NCBI GenBank assembly: GCA_041666525.1
Contig: JBAYGT010000002.1
Coordinates: 139,975 to 203,974, forward strand
Direction of reading: 5' to 3'
Source of the DNA: Negativicutes bacterium
GTDB lineage: Bacteria; Bacillota; Negativicutes; JBAXTZ01
Length of the DNA stretch: 64,000 nt
Shown: positions 29,699 through 40,123 of the stretch, piece after piece
Layout of the letters: each line of letters begins with the position of its first letter
How positions within the stretch are numbered: the stretch's first letter is position 1
Position numbers and translations under genes: made by a program
The notes under the pieces: model-generated
The model's input: the letters and a program-made list of their open reading frames with translations, nothing else
Database searches by the model: none
What the model was told of the DNA's origin: nothing

Positions 29699-31480
29699 AT
29701 GGAAAACTACATTAAAGTTTTAGATACCAACACCGCCGACAAAGTAGCGGCTGGAGAAGTAGTTGAACGACCGGCATCAGTCGTGAAAGAGTTAGTTGAA
29801 AATGCTATAGATGCCGGTAGTACTAATATTGAGATAGAAACTGAAAACGGCGGAATGTCGCTTATTCGGGTTAGCGATAATGGTCGCGGCATGTCACCGG
29901 CTGATGCTGAATTATCGGTGCGCAGGCACGCGACCAGCAAAATCCGTACAATTGAAGATTTGTTTCAGGTTCGTAGCATGGGTTTTCGCGGTGAAGCGTT
30001 GCCGAGCATCGCCGCGGTAACAAAATTCACGCTGGCATCGCGAAATTCGGCGGCGGATTTTGCAACAACAGTTTTACTAACCGGCGGTCTTGATTTGCAA
30101 ATTGATAATTGCGGCCGGGCGATTGGAACTACTGTCAGTGCACGTGAATTATTTTTTAATGTGCCGGCGCGGCGTAAATTCATCAAAACGGACTCCACGG
30201 AAAATACGCATATCGTAAATATGTTGATCAAGGCGGCTGTAGCTAATACAGCTGTCGCGATAAAATACAAACATAACGGAAAACTGATTTTGAACAGCCC
30301 TGGCAACGGAAAACTTTTTGATACTATTGCCGCCGTATACGGTAAAGAAGTTGCCACACAACTAATGGAAGTGAATTATACTACAGATGGAATTGCAGTG
30401 CACGGCTATATTGCCAAGCCGGGAATTGTACGCAGTAATCGTTCCTGGCAAACTTTTTGTGTCAATAACCGGGTAATTACCAATAAAATGTTATTTCGCG
30501 CCCTGGATAACGCCTATCACTCGCTATTGCCAAAACACGGCTATTGTTTTGCGGTAATATTAATTGAAACTGATCCAGCAGTTATCGACATCAACGTCCA
30601 TCCGCAAAAACAAGAGATAAAGTTTTCTGATGAACAATCAGTATATAGCGCGGTATATAAAGCGATTTCATTGGCGCTAACGACTAGTTCGGTTACTCTC
30701 AATTCTGTTCCGGAACGTCAGTTTTTTTCCGGAACTGCCACTGTTCCAAACCGCTACAGCCAAAAGCCGCTCGTCGAACTGGAACCGATACGTGACGCTA
30801 TGCATAACATTGTAGTATGTGCGCCAGACGTTCAGCCCTCACAGTTATATGTAGCGGTTGAAAAAACAAACGAAGTAACAGCGGCAAATGAGAGCGTTGC
30901 TTCTAAAGATACAAGTAATATCGATATTTATGGATGCTTTGAAAATACATTTATTTTAGCAAATATTGATAACAATCTGTTGCTAATTGATCAACACGCA
31001 GCACATGAACGTATCATTTATGACAAGCTGGCAGATAGCGCAGGACGTATTGCATCGCAACAGCTCTTAATTGATGAATTTGTCGATTTGTCTACGCAAG
31101 AATGCGCTTTGGCAATTCAACACGCACTAGAATTTTTTGAGTTGGGCTATTCCATTGAATTGGCTTCACCAACTAGTATCCGGATTTCTGAAGTACCGAT
31201 TGACATGAACGGAAATGTCGCTGTCGAAATATTTTTGGTGGCATTGAAATATCTACAACAACATCATAAACTTAACCACGGTCAGTTGCGGCACGAATTT
31301 TTACAAATTGCGGCTTGTCGTGCGGCAATAAAGGCCGGCGACAAACTCGATGAAAAAGCAATGCACGATTTGCTAAGACAACTTATGCAAACGAAATTAC
31401 CTTATACCTGTCCGCATGGTCGGCCTACTGTAATCAGTTTCTCGCATTCAGATTTGTATAAAATGTTTAAAAGATTGTGA
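29699..31480 (+). CDS. mutL: DNA mismatch repair protein MutL
   Basis: GHKL ATPase N-terminus (VVERPASVVKELVENAIDAG, DNGRGM). C-terminal dimerisation domain with a DQHAAHERI endonuclease-type motif. Confidence 0.93.
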   Translation: MENYIKVLDTNTADKVAAGEVVERPASVVKELVENAIDAGSTNIEIETENGGMSLIRVSDNGRGMSPADAELSVRRHATSKIRTIEDLFQVRSMGFRGEALPSIAAVTKFTLASRNSAADFATTVLLTGGLDLQIDNCGRAIGTTVSARELFFNVPARRKFIKTDSTENTHIVNMLIKAAVANTAVAIKYKHNGKLILNSPGNGKLFDTIAAVYGKEVATQLMEVNYTTDGIAVHGYIAKPGIVRSNRSWQTFCVNNRVITNKMLFRALDNAYHSLLPKHGYCFAVILIETDPAVIDINVHPQKQEIKFSDEQSVYSAVYKAISLALTTSSVTLNSVPERQFFSGTATVPNRYSQKPLVELEPIRDAMHNIVVCAPDVQPSQLYVAVEKTNEVTAANESVASKDTSNIDIYGCFENTFILANIDNNLLLIDQHAAHERIIYDKLADSAGRIASQQLLIDEFVDLSTQECALAIQHALEFFELGYSIELASPTSIRISEVPIDMNGNVAVEIFLVALKYLQQHHKLNHGQLRHEFLQIAACRAAIKAGDKLDEKAMHDLLRQLMQTKLPYTCPHGRPTVISFSHSDLYKMFKRL

Positions 31481-31481
31481 T

Positions 31482-32276
31482 TTGTATTTGGGAGATGGTA
31501 GTTTGCAACAATTTGTTACAACAATAAAAGCTGCCGATGAGCCGCTAATCAACAAGGCACGCGCAACTGCTGTTGAGTTGAATTTGCCCTATTTAAATCG
31601 CAACAACTTTTCATTAAAAGAGCTGTTAACCGAAGCGAACTCAGCTTTGGTTTTTGAAAAATACAGTTTGGCTTTGCATTCAATTAATGGTATTCATCGT
31701 TTTCATCTAAATCTTGCTGGTTTACGAATACAAAATATCGAACGTGGTTTTGGTGACAATATGGTTTCAGCGATGGGACTTGGCCCAAGTTGTTGCAGGG
31801 TATTAGATTGTACGTTGGGAATGGCCAGCGACGCGATTGTTGCTGCCTACAGCGTTGGTACTACCGGCTGCGTTCATGGCTGTGAGCAATCGGCGCTGTT
31901 ACATTATATTACCAAAGCAGGTTTAGTTAATTTCTTGAGTGGAAAACCCCAATTAGATGACGCGCTGCGCCGCATAACCACAACGCACGGTGATTATCGC
32001 AATTATCTTGAAAAATCTAACGAAAACGACTTTGATGTTATCTATTTTGATCCAATGTTTACACGACCACAACATAAATCAAGTGCGTTTACGCCGATTA
32101 GGGGCATTGTTTGCGATTTACCGTTAGCACCTGAAACACTTAAAATTGCACTCAGCAAAACGGCCAACCGGGTCGTTGTAAAATTGTCTCAATATTCAAC
32201 CTGTCAAATTCGATTCGACGATATCATCGGTGGTAAACATGCTGCAATTCGTTATGGTGTGATTTACAGGAGGTAA
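31482..32276 (+). CDS. Putative class I SAM-dependent methyltransferase, RsmJ/YhiQ-like
   Basis: VLDCTLGMASDAIV and the FDVIYFDPMF block resemble 16S rRNA m2G1516 methyltransferase RsmJ. Assignment is moderate. Confidence 0.45.
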   Translation: MYLGDGSLQQFVTTIKAADEPLINKARATAVELNLPYLNRNNFSLKELLTEANSALVFEKYSLALHSINGIHRFHLNLAGLRIQNIERGFGDNMVSAMGLGPSCCRVLDCTLGMASDAIVAAYSVGTTGCVHGCEQSALLHYITKAGLVNFLSGKPQLDDALRRITTTHGDYRNYLEKSNENDFDVIYFDPMFTRPQHKSSAFTPIRGIVCDLPLAPETLKIALSKTANRVVVKLSQYSTCQIRFDDIIGGKHAAIRYGVIYRR

Positions 32277-32279
32277 CGC

Positions 32280-33233
32280 TTGCAGAACCAAAAACTAATT
32301 GCAATTCTTGGGCCCACTGCCAGTGGCAAAACTTCTTTAGCAATCGAATTGGCGTTGCGATTGAATGGAGAAATAATTTCCGGCGATTCAATGCTGGTTT
32401 TTAAAAAGCTTGATATTGGTACGGCAAAACCGACAATCGCTGAAATGCGTGGTGTAAAACACCATCTTATTGATATTTGCGAGCCGGAAGACAATTATAG
32501 TGTGGCGCAATTTCAGCTGCAGGCGCAAGAATTGATTGTTAAATTAAATCAAACCGGCAAAATTCCTATTCTCTGCGGTGGAACCGGTTTATATGCCAAA
32601 GCCTTGCTGGAGGATTACGATTTTTCTTCAGATGGCTCAAACGCTGCGATTCGCGAACGTTTAAATACTGTATTAGAAAAACAGGGTATAGCAGAGCTTC
32701 AGCGCGAATTATTAACACTAAATCAGGATGCTATAAACTACATTGACATGGAAAATCCGCGACGAATAATTCGCGCGATTGAAACAATCCTGGCGGCAGG
32801 TGAATTACCTTCAAAAATCAACCACGGCTTGTCTTATGATGCAGTAGTTCTCGGAATTGACTACCCACGCGAACAGCTCTACAAACGGATCAACGCCCGT
32901 GTAGACAGTATGGTCGCAACCGGTTTGTTTGCAGAAGTTGATGCATTACTAAAATCCGGACTAAACCCGGCTTGCCAAGCGTTAAAGGGAATAGGCTACA
33001 AAGAAGTTGTTGACTATTTGTTATCCAACTTAATCAGCAGGATAGATACTATCGAAAAAATAAAAACAAACACCCGTCATTTTGCCAAACGCCAATTGAC
33101 TTGGTATAAAAAAATGCCTTATATTCATTGGCTGACTGCTGATTCAATCATTGAAACAAGTGCATTTTACAATGATTTGGCACAGTCAATAACTACAAAA
33201 TTTTATTGTGCAAATATACCGGAGGACAAGTGA
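32280..33233 (+). CDS. miaA: tRNA dimethylallyltransferase
   Basis: ILGPTASGKTSLAIELA P-loop, ~317 aa, TTG start. Lies downstream of mutL as in other Firmicutes. Confidence 0.9.
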   Translation: MQNQKLIAILGPTASGKTSLAIELALRLNGEIISGDSMLVFKKLDIGTAKPTIAEMRGVKHHLIDICEPEDNYSVAQFQLQAQELIVKLNQTGKIPILCGGTGLYAKALLEDYDFSSDGSNAAIRERLNTVLEKQGIAELQRELLTLNQDAINYIDMENPRRIIRAIETILAAGELPSKINHGLSYDAVVLGIDYPREQLYKRINARVDSMVATGLFAEVDALLKSGLNPACQALKGIGYKEVVDYLLSNLISRIDTIEKIKTNTRHFAKRQLTWYKKMPYIHWLTADSIIETSAFYNDLAQSITTKFYCANIPEDK

Positions 33234-34708
33234 TGCACGTTATTCAAACCGAGTTTATTAAGACAATTGCTGAGCAACTACAATACATTTCTTATACTAT
33301 GTCTGCCGATTTTTTCGAGCGTTATTACCAGGCATATCAAAAAGAGCAGTCTGTCGCTGCAAAATGCGCATTGCTTCAGGTGTTAAAAAATGCTGAGTTG
33401 GCGAAAAGCACTCGACGTCCATTGTGTCAGGACACCGGCATTGTTATCGCATTTTTGGAAATTGGATTGAACGTTAAATGGGTTGGCGATATGACGCCGG
33501 AAGAAATGATTAATGCTGCGGTAAAAATTGCCTACAATGATTATCCCGCCAATCTTCTGCGGGCATCTGTCGTTAAAAATCCCGGTGGCAATCGCAAAAA
33601 TACGAAAAACAACACTCCGGCAATCACCCATGTAAAAATTACGCATGGTGACAAATTAATTGTAAAGCTTATTGCTAAAGGCGGTGGTTCTGAATTCAAA
33701 ACAACTTTCACTGTGCTAAATCCATCCGACAGCATTGTTGACTGGGTTGTAGCAAAGATGCCCGAACTTGGCGCGGGCTGGTGCCCGCCAGGAATTATCG
33801 CACTTGGTATTGGCGGAACTGCAGAAAAGGCCATGTTACTATCCAAAGAAGCGCTATTTAATCCATTGAATATTGGCGAACTATTGCGCGACGGTGCGAT
33901 GAATGACATTGAGCAATTGCGTATCGATATTTACGAAAAAATTAACTCACTAAAAATTGGCGCACAGGGATTTGGCGGTGATACTACGGTATTGGATGTT
34001 CTTATAAAAGATTATCCGACACACGCCGCAACTTTGCCGGTTGCGCTTACTGTCAGTTGTTCTGCAACTCGCCATGCGCATTTTGAATACTCTACACATA
34101 AAGCACCAATATGCTTATCAAATTTCATACCGAATTTGTCAGATGCTCCTCAATCGGAATCAAACAATTTCACTCATATAAATACGAACTTATATTCACG
34201 AAAAGATTTGACAAAATTGAAGGCCGGCGATCGTGTAAAATTAAGCGGTAAAATCTATACGGCCCGTGATGCTGCGCATCAACGATTGCAAAACTTATTT
34301 GAAAACGGTGAAAAATTACCGGATAATCTTAATTTTAACAACGCTTTCATTTATTATGTAGGCCCGGTTGCTGCAGTAAAAGATGAAATAATTGGTCCGG
34401 CCGGACCCACAACCGCCAAACGTATGGATAAATTTTCTCGGTTTATGCTCGAAAACCTAAATATTTCTGGGATGATTGGTAAAGGCGAACGAAATCGTGA
34501 CACAAATATTTTAATAAAAAAACACGGTGCAATATATTTTGCTGCCACAGGTGGCGCGGCGTGCTTAATATCACAGTGTGTAAAATCAGTTCGAGTAGCA
34601 GCGTTTGAAGATTTAGGTATGGAAGCAATATTTGAATTCGAAGTGGAAGATATGCCGTTAATAGTAGCAGTCGACACAAATGGAGAATCAATATACAATT
34701 TTAATTGA
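33233..34708 (+). CDS. Class I (Fe-S) fumarate/tartrate hydro-lyase, fused alpha+beta domains
   Basis: ~491 aa. N-terminal catalytic domain with the conserved CQDTG motif followed by a beta domain. Its ATG overlaps the miaA stop (TGATG) and a GGAGG RBS is upstream. Confidence 0.75.
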   Translation: MHVIQTEFIKTIAEQLQYISYTMSADFFERYYQAYQKEQSVAAKCALLQVLKNAELAKSTRRPLCQDTGIVIAFLEIGLNVKWVGDMTPEEMINAAVKIAYNDYPANLLRASVVKNPGGNRKNTKNNTPAITHVKITHGDKLIVKLIAKGGGSEFKTTFTVLNPSDSIVDWVVAKMPELGAGWCPPGIIALGIGGTAEKAMLLSKEALFNPLNIGELLRDGAMNDIEQLRIDIYEKINSLKIGAQGFGGDTTVLDVLIKDYPTHAATLPVALTVSCSATRHAHFEYSTHKAPICLSNFIPNLSDAPQSESNNFTHINTNLYSRKDLTKLKAGDRVKLSGKIYTARDAAHQRLQNLFENGEKLPDNLNFNNAFIYYVGPVAAVKDEIIGPAGPTTAKRMDKFSRFMLENLNISGMIGKGERNRDTNILIKKHGAIYFAATGGAACLISQCVKSVRVAAFEDLGMEAIFEFEVEDMPLIVAVDTNGESIYNFN

Positions 34709-34846
34709 TTAGAGCTAATAGTGAAATTATTTGCATTTAGTTTACATAATATATATTATCGGACTCACAAACTAGCGCACAAACATAAAAATCAAAACAC
34801 AAATTAGTTCATACAATAAAAAACGTTTATCATTGGAAACATGTTG

Positions 34847-35758
34847 TTATTCCTCCGACACCGGAATTTTATCAAGAGTGAAACATCCAAGCTTGCCACC
34901 GCGAAATTCGTTTAACAGCATTTCGCCCGCTCTGTTAATATCAACTCTATTACCTGATAATATCAAACCACGATTGCGGGCAATTTCTTCAATAATTTTC
35001 TCGCCATTCGGTTCATCACCCGCGAATATAAGAAGATTAACATCAACTTTGTAGCGATCTGACAACCGCTCCGGATAATTAACAGATAAATATTTCGCCA
35101 ATTCAGCGATCATTGCCGGTTTATCGATCGCATCATCATTAATGCAGCCGGTAAAAGCCAAATATTGAGCGCCGGTCTGATCTTCAATTTTCGGCCAAAG
35201 CACACCGGGAAGATCTAATAATTCTAAATCCTTGGCTACCTTTATCCACTGTTTTCCACGAGTAACACCGGCTTTATCACCGGTTTTAGCAGCTTTTCCT
35301 TTGTTTAGAGTATTTATTAAGGTAGATTTACCAACGTTAGGTATTCCAATAATCATCGCTCGTACTGTAAATGACTTAATTCCTTTAGCGAGGTAATTAG
35401 CACGTTTTTGTTCGGTTACATCATGCAATGCTTTTTGCATCTGTTTTAAACCTTTGCCAGTTACTGCTTCAATCGGATAAGCAATAATATTTTTTGTTTT
35501 AAAATACTGAACCCATGCTAGAGTTGAACTACTGTCAGCTGTATCGGCTTTATTTAGCAAAATAACCCTAGGTTTGTTTTTTATAATTTCATCGATTTTT
35601 GGGTTAGCGCTACTTAACGGAATTCGTGCGTCACGCAATTCCACACATGCATCGACAAGTTTAAGATTTTCTTCAATGATTCTGAAAGCTTTAGTCATGT
35701 GTCCAGGGTACCAGTGAATATTAACGCTCATATATATTTTTTTCAACCATGTCAGCAT
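34847..35758 (-). CDS. rbgA: Ribosome biogenesis GTPase A (RbgA/YlqF)
   Basis: Circularly permuted GTPase: HWYPGHM, then LNKAD (G4) ahead of GIPNVGKST (G1). Start is uncertain and could be 35731. Confidence 0.85.
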   Translation of the reverse strand: MLTWLKKIYMSVNIHWYPGHMTKAFRIIEENLKLVDACVELRDARIPLSSANPKIDEIIKNKPRVILLNKADTADSSSTLAWVQYFKTKNIIAYPIEAVTGKGLKQMQKALHDVTEQKRANYLAKGIKSFTVRAMIIGIPNVGKSTLINTLNKGKAAKTGDKAGVTRGKQWIKVAKDLELLDLPGVLWPKIEDQTGAQYLAFTGCINDDAIDKPAMIAELAKYLSVNYPERLSDRYKVDVNLLIFAGDEPNGEKIIEEIARNRGLILSGNRVDINRAGEMLLNEFRGGKLGCFTLDKIPVSEE

Positions 35759-35833
35759 GTTTTCATGTTCGCACCAAATCTGTTAATTTTAAGCTACATG
35801 TCGACATAGCAGCATTTCTTTCTTATTTAAAAT

Positions 35834-36370
35834 TTATGGCAATGTTTTTATTTTATTTAGCGGCCAAAATATAAGCACTGCTTTTCCTTTTATGAGGTCA
35901 TAGCTAACCAATCCTACGTCGGAAAAACGACTGTCTTCAGAATTATTACGATTATCGCCCATAACAAATACATAGTCTTTGGGAATTTCAATTTTGGGAT
36001 AATTATTTGCAATACGCATCGATTCATAAATGTATGATTCGTGAATTTGATTGCCATTTAAAAACACTGTACCATCAATTATTTCAATAGTGTCTCCAGG
36101 TGTTGCAATCACACGTTTAATAAAATCGCGGTTTTGGTCGCTGGGATATTTAAATACAACAATGTCACCATGTTGTGGATCCTTTAACCACCGATAGATA
36201 AACTTGTTTACCACTAATCGTTGACCGTCAAATAAAGTCGGCTTCATCGAAGAACCGTCTACTAAATACAATTCTACGATAAAATATCTAATAACAAGCG
36301 CCAAAACTACTGCAATAGCAATACTTATTGTCCAGTCTTTTGCTTCACGAATAATAACGTTATAATTCAT
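35834..36370 (-). CDS. lepB: Signal peptidase I
   Basis: N-terminal TM helix. GSSMKPTL (Ser box), VMGDNRNNSEDSR (box E). Confidence 0.9.
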   Translation of the reverse strand: MNYNVIIREAKDWTISIAIAVVLALVIRYFIVELYLVDGSSMKPTLFDGQRLVVNKFIYRWLKDPQHGDIVVFKYPSDQNRDFIKRVIATPGDTIEIIDGTVFLNGNQIHESYIYESMRIANNYPKIEIPKDYVFVMGDNRNNSEDSRFSDVGLVSYDLIKGKAVLIFWPLNKIKTLP

Positions 36371-36382
36371 ATATCCTCAAAT

Positions 36383-36709
36383 TCAACGCAATTCACTGCG
36401 AGAATAATAATCGCTGATTTTTTGATCGTTCTCAATAACATCCTCTGTAGCAATTTCAGACGATGAAGCGTTTTCTATTAAATAATCTTTAATTTGTGTA
36501 GCAATTTCCGGATGCTTTTTTTCCAATAATTCCTTGATATCTGCAGTGATTTGGCGGTTATTGACATCCATCACATCCATCATCGCTTTAATAGTTGCCA
36601 TTATTGCTTTTTGAAAAGCATCGGCATCTCCAGATTTTTCCAAGCGCTTTACGTAATATTCTTTATGAAGTTTTCCGATTTTTTTTCGGGATAGACCGAA
36701 TTGTTTCAT
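36383..36709 (-). CDS. Hypothetical Lys/Glu-rich protein (108 aa) leading the lepB-rbgA operon
   Basis: Clean ORF with a 12-nt gap to lepB. I recognise no family. It occupies the slot usually held by rplS. Confidence 0.4.
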   Translation of the reverse strand: MKQFGLSRKKIGKLHKEYYVKRLEKSGDADAFQKAIMATIKAMMDVMDVNNRQITADIKELLEKKHPEIATQIKDYLIENASSSEIATEDVIENDQKISDYYSRSELR

Positions 36710-36729
36710 TATCGCTCCTAATAGAAATT

Positions 36730-36756
36730 AACCCCCCGAAAAATCGGGGGGTTCAT
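36730..36756. terminator. Hairpin aaccccccg-aaaaa-tcggggggtt, terminator of the ferredoxin gene
   Basis: 10-bp GC-rich perfect stem. Flanked by T-rich sequence on both strands. Confidence 0.55.
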
Positions 36757-36782
36757 CATTGTTTTTGTTACTTATCGACGGG

Positions 36783-36944
36783 TTAGGCGGAAATAGCGCC
36801 TACCGGACAAGCACCTGCACATGCGCCACACTCAACACAAGCATCAGAAATTTTGTATGGAGTGCCTTCCGAAATAGCGCTGACCGGACAAGTAGCGGCG
36901 CACGCGCCACAACCTACACAATCGTTAGAAATTTTGTAAGCCAT
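36783..36944 (-). CDS. 2x[4Fe-4S] ferredoxin (53 aa), absent from the supplied ORF track
   Basis: Minus-strand translation MAYKISNDCVGCGACAATCPVSAISEGTPYKISDACVECGACAGACPVGAISA has two CxxCxxCxxxCP motifs. GGGAGGTG RBS lies 7 nt upstream of the ATG. Confidence 0.8.
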   Translation of the reverse strand: MAYKISNDCVGCGACAATCPVSAISEGTPYKISDACVECGACAGACPVGAISA

Positions 36945-37194
36945 TATTCACACCTCCCTTCAAAGAGGAAATATCTAAGCCAACTTGTTTTCGCGCAACT
37001 ATTAATTCACAAAAACGATCACTAGAAAATATTACGTTTAAGCAATAAAATTTTTCGCTTAATGTGAATTTTCGTGACACTGGCTCAGTTGCCTTAATTG
37101 TATATTGAATTTCACAATCTTGCAAGTATTTCAACACTATATCAAGTGGTTGGGCAAGAATATTTTTTTTATGCACAGCATAGTTTTCCAAACA

Positions 37195-37752
37195 TTATAC
37201 TTCCATTAATTCTTTTTCTTTGGCCACAGCGATATTGTCTATTTCTTTGATATATTTATCAGTGAGTTTTTGCATATCTTCTTGTGCCTTTTTCGACTCG
37301 TCTTCAGTGATTGATTTATCTTTTTCAATCTTTTTAATCTGCTCATTACCATCACGACGCAAGTTACGAATGGCGATTTTATCAGTTTCAGCTTTTTTGT
37401 GAACGTCTTTTACCAATTCTTGACGACGCTCCTTAGTCAATTGCGGGAAAGCTATACGAATTATCGCACCATCACTACTTGGATTAATGCCAAGGTCGGA
37501 TTTTAGTATTGCCTTTTCAATAACTGAGGTCATTGTTTTTTCCCACGGCTGAATAGTTAACAAACGCGCTTCCGGAACAGTAATGTTAGCAACTTGATTA
37601 AGTGCAGTCGGAGTACCATAATAGTCAACCATTATTTTATCCAGCAAATGCGGATTGGCCCGCCCCGCACGCATATTGGCATATTCTTTTTTAAGAACTT
37701 CAATCGTTTTTTTCATTCGTTCTTCGTGATTCGACAAAACATCTTTCATCAT
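37195..37752 (-). CDS. frr: Ribosome recycling factor
   Basis: 185 aa with the typical RRF sequence (…[14 protein letters not shown]…). Confidence 0.92.
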   Translation of the reverse strand: MMKDVLSNHEERMKKTIEVLKKEYANMRAGRANPHLLDKIMVDYYGTPTALNQVANITVPEARLLTIQPWEKTMTSVIEKAILKSDLGINPSSDGAIIRIAFPQLTKERRQELVKDVHKKAETDKIAIRNLRRDGNEQIKKIEKDKSITEDESKKAQEDMQKLTDKYIKEIDNIAVAKEKELMEV

Positions 37753-37754
37753 AA

Positions 37755-38483
37755 TTATTTTTCGCCTCCAATATAAGTTCCGATATTTTCTCCCATAACC
37801 ACCCGCATTATATTCCCCGTCGTATCCATATTGAAGACAATAATCGGAATATTATTGTCCATGCAAAGGCTTGCAGCAGTCGTGTCCATTACTCCAAGTC
37901 CCTGTTGAATAATTTCCATGTGTTCAAGCGATTTATAGAGTTTGGCGTTGGGATTTTTGCGCGGATCGCTATCATAAACACCTTCAGTATTTCGTTTGGC
38001 CATTAAAACAACATCCGCCTCAATCTCAGCAGCTCGCAAAGCTGCAGTTGTGTCGGTAGAAAAATATGGATTACCGGTGCCGGCAGCAAAAATTACAATA
38101 CGACCTTTTTCAAGATGATGAGTTGCCCGACGGCGAATATATGGTTCAGCGATTTGCTGCATGGTGATTGCCGACATTACCCGTGTAGGATAGCCTTTGC
38201 TTTCAATTGAATCTTGCAATGCCAACGAATTCATGCAAGTAGCTAACATTCCCATATAATCTGCGGTTGCACGCTCCATGCCGCCTTTGGCGCTAGCAGT
38301 TAGTCCCCGCCAAAAATTACCGCCACCAACAACAATTGCTATTTCAACGCCTAAATTTTTAACCTCAATGATTTCGCGACCGATTGCATCAACCATATCA
38401 TGGTCGATACCAAAACCTTTTTCGCCAGAAAGAGCTTCGCCACTAAGTTTTAATACAATTCTTCTGTACTTTAGTTCTTTCAA
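37755..38483 (-). CDS. pyrH: UMP kinase
   Basis: [14 protein letters not shown]-terminus and the VVGGGN block. 242 aa. Confidence 0.92.
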   Translation of the reverse strand: MKELKYRRIVLKLSGEALSGEKGFGIDHDMVDAIGREIIEVKNLGVEIAIVVGGGNFWRGLTASAKGGMERATADYMGMLATCMNSLALQDSIESKGYPTRVMSAITMQQIAEPYIRRRATHHLEKGRIVIFAAGTGNPYFSTDTTAALRAAEIEADVVLMAKRNTEGVYDSDPRKNPNAKLYKSLEHMEIIQQGLGVMDTTAASLCMDNNIPIIVFNMDTTGNIMRVVMGENIGTYIGGEK

Positions 38484-38507
38484 ACCAGCACCTCCTAGTA
38501 TTTATGA

Positions 38508-38533
38508 AAAATAAGAGAACACAAACGGTGTTC
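38508..38533 (-). terminator. Rho-independent terminator after tsf
   Basis: aagagaacac-aaac-ggtgttctctt hairpin followed by T-rich sequence on the minus strand. Confidence 0.5.
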
Positions 38534-38554
38534 TCTTAAATTATCAATATGTAA

Positions 38555-39205
38555 TTAACCGTTGGCTGCAGCCATAACTTCCGCAGCAAAGTCATCAACT
38601 TTTTTTTCGATGCCTTCACCCAATTGAAAACGTACAAAACGACGAATACTGATGTTTTCGCCAATTTTGGCAATAGCTTCGGTAATGAGTTGCTGTACGG
38701 TAACATCAGGATTCTTAATGTATTGTTGTTCAAGTAAACAAACTTCTTTGTAATATTTTTCTATACGGCCAACAACCATTTTATCAACAATTGCCGCCGG
38801 TTTGCCTTCGTTTAATGCCTGAGCACGAAGAATCCCTTTCTCATGTTCAATAACATCCGCTGGAACTTCTTCGCGTCGAATATACATCGGATTTGAAGCC
38901 ACTATTTGCATACTAATATCTTTAACTAGAGCTTGGAAACCATCAGTCTTGGCAACGAAATCAGTCTCACAGTTAACTTCAACCAATACGCCGATTCGGC
39001 CGCCGCCATGTATGTAGCTTCCTACTGTGCCCTCAGCTGCAACACGGCCAGCTTTCTTCGCTGCCGCTGCCAGGCCTTTTTCACGCAATAAATCAATCGC
39101 CTTTTGCAAATCGCCTTCAGTTTCCACCAAGGCGCGTTTGCAATCCATCATCCCTGCGCCGGTCGTATCACGCAGTTGTTTTACTAGTTCAGCTGTTACT
39201 GCCAT
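38555..39205 (-). CDS. tsf: Elongation factor Ts
   Basis: [26 protein letters not shown] is a canonical EF-Ts N-terminus. 216-aa short form. Confidence 0.92.
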   Translation of the reverse strand: MAVTAELVKQLRDTTGAGMMDCKRALVETEGDLQKAIDLLREKGLAAAAKKAGRVAAEGTVGSYIHGGGRIGVLVEVNCETDFVAKTDGFQALVKDISMQIVASNPMYIRREEVPADVIEHEKGILRAQALNEGKPAAIVDKMVVGRIEKYYKEVCLLEQQYIKNPDVTVQQLITEAIAKIGENISIRRFVRFQLGEGIEKKVDDFAAEVMAAANG

Positions 39206-39217
39206 CTATTTTCCCTC

Positions 39218-39976
39218 TTATTCAACTTCTTCAAATTCTTCTGCAGCTTCATCTACTGCGTTGTCGGTCGTTGCCTCTTCGGCGCCGTATTGTTCGCCTT
39301 GGCGGCCTTCAAGCACTGCGTCGGCCATCTTGGCACACAACAACCGTACTGCACGGATAGCGTCATCGTTAGCAGGTATTACATAATCAATTACATCCGG
39401 ATCACAGTTGGTGTCAACTATCGCAACAACCGGAATACCTAACTTGCGAGCTTCGGCAATAGCAATATGCTCCTTACGAGGATCGACAACAAATAACGCG
39501 CCTGGGGTGCGTTTCATGTGCTTTATTCCGTCAAGAAATTTTTTCAATCTGTCCATTTCGTGGCGCAGAACAATAACTTCTTTCTTCGGCAACACTTCGA
39601 ATTGACCATCAGCTTCCATAGCTTCCAAGACGTGCAAGCGGTTAATGCGTTTTTTGATTGTCTGAAAGTTGGTTAGCATTCCACCCAACCAGCGTTGATT
39701 TACATAATACATGTCACAACGGATTGCTTCTTCAAGAATGGATTCTTGAGCTTGTTTTTTTGTGCCGACAAACAAAATCGATTCACCAGCAGCAGACAGA
39801 TCACGAATAAAATTATAGGCTTCGTCAACTTTTTTTACCGTTTTTTGCAAATCGATGATGTAAATACCATTGCGTTCAGCAAAAATGTACGGTGCCATTT
39901 TCGGATTCCAACGACGAGTTTGGTGTCCAAAGTGTACTCCTGCTTCGAGCAGGGATTTCATTGAAATTACACCCAT
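39218..39976 (-). CDS. rpsB: 30S ribosomal protein S2
   Basis: [27 protein letters not shown] with AGGAGG 6 nt upstream. The track ORF start at 40012 is a spurious extension. Confidence 0.92.
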   Translation of the reverse strand: MGVISMKSLLEAGVHFGHQTRRWNPKMAPYIFAERNGIYIIDLQKTVKKVDEAYNFIRDLSAAGESILFVGTKKQAQESILEEAIRCDMYYVNQRWLGGMLTNFQTIKKRINRLHVLEAMEADGQFEVLPKKEVIVLRHEMDRLKKFLDGIKHMKRTPGALFVVDPRKEHIAIAEARKLGIPVVAIVDTNCDPDVIDYVIPANDDAIRAVRLLCAKMADAVLEGRQGEQYGAEEATTDNAVDEAAEEFEEVE

Positions 39977-40123
39977 TATAGCCTCCTGTTTTTTCCTCCG
40001 CGTCAATTGCATATCATTTTTTGATACACAGGAAATTTTGACGCGTGTGTTATATGCATAACCGCATATATTATAGCAAAGAAATATTTTTGAAGCAAGG
40101 AATAACGTCGACTTTTCTGGTTT

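Noticed and set aside
36925-37191. 88-aa minus-strand ORF between frr and the ferredoxin gene
   Set aside because: It overlaps the ferredoxin start codon and its GGGAGGTG RBS. It has no RBS of its own and no recognisable domain. The region is better explained as the promoter/5'UTR of the ferredoxin gene.
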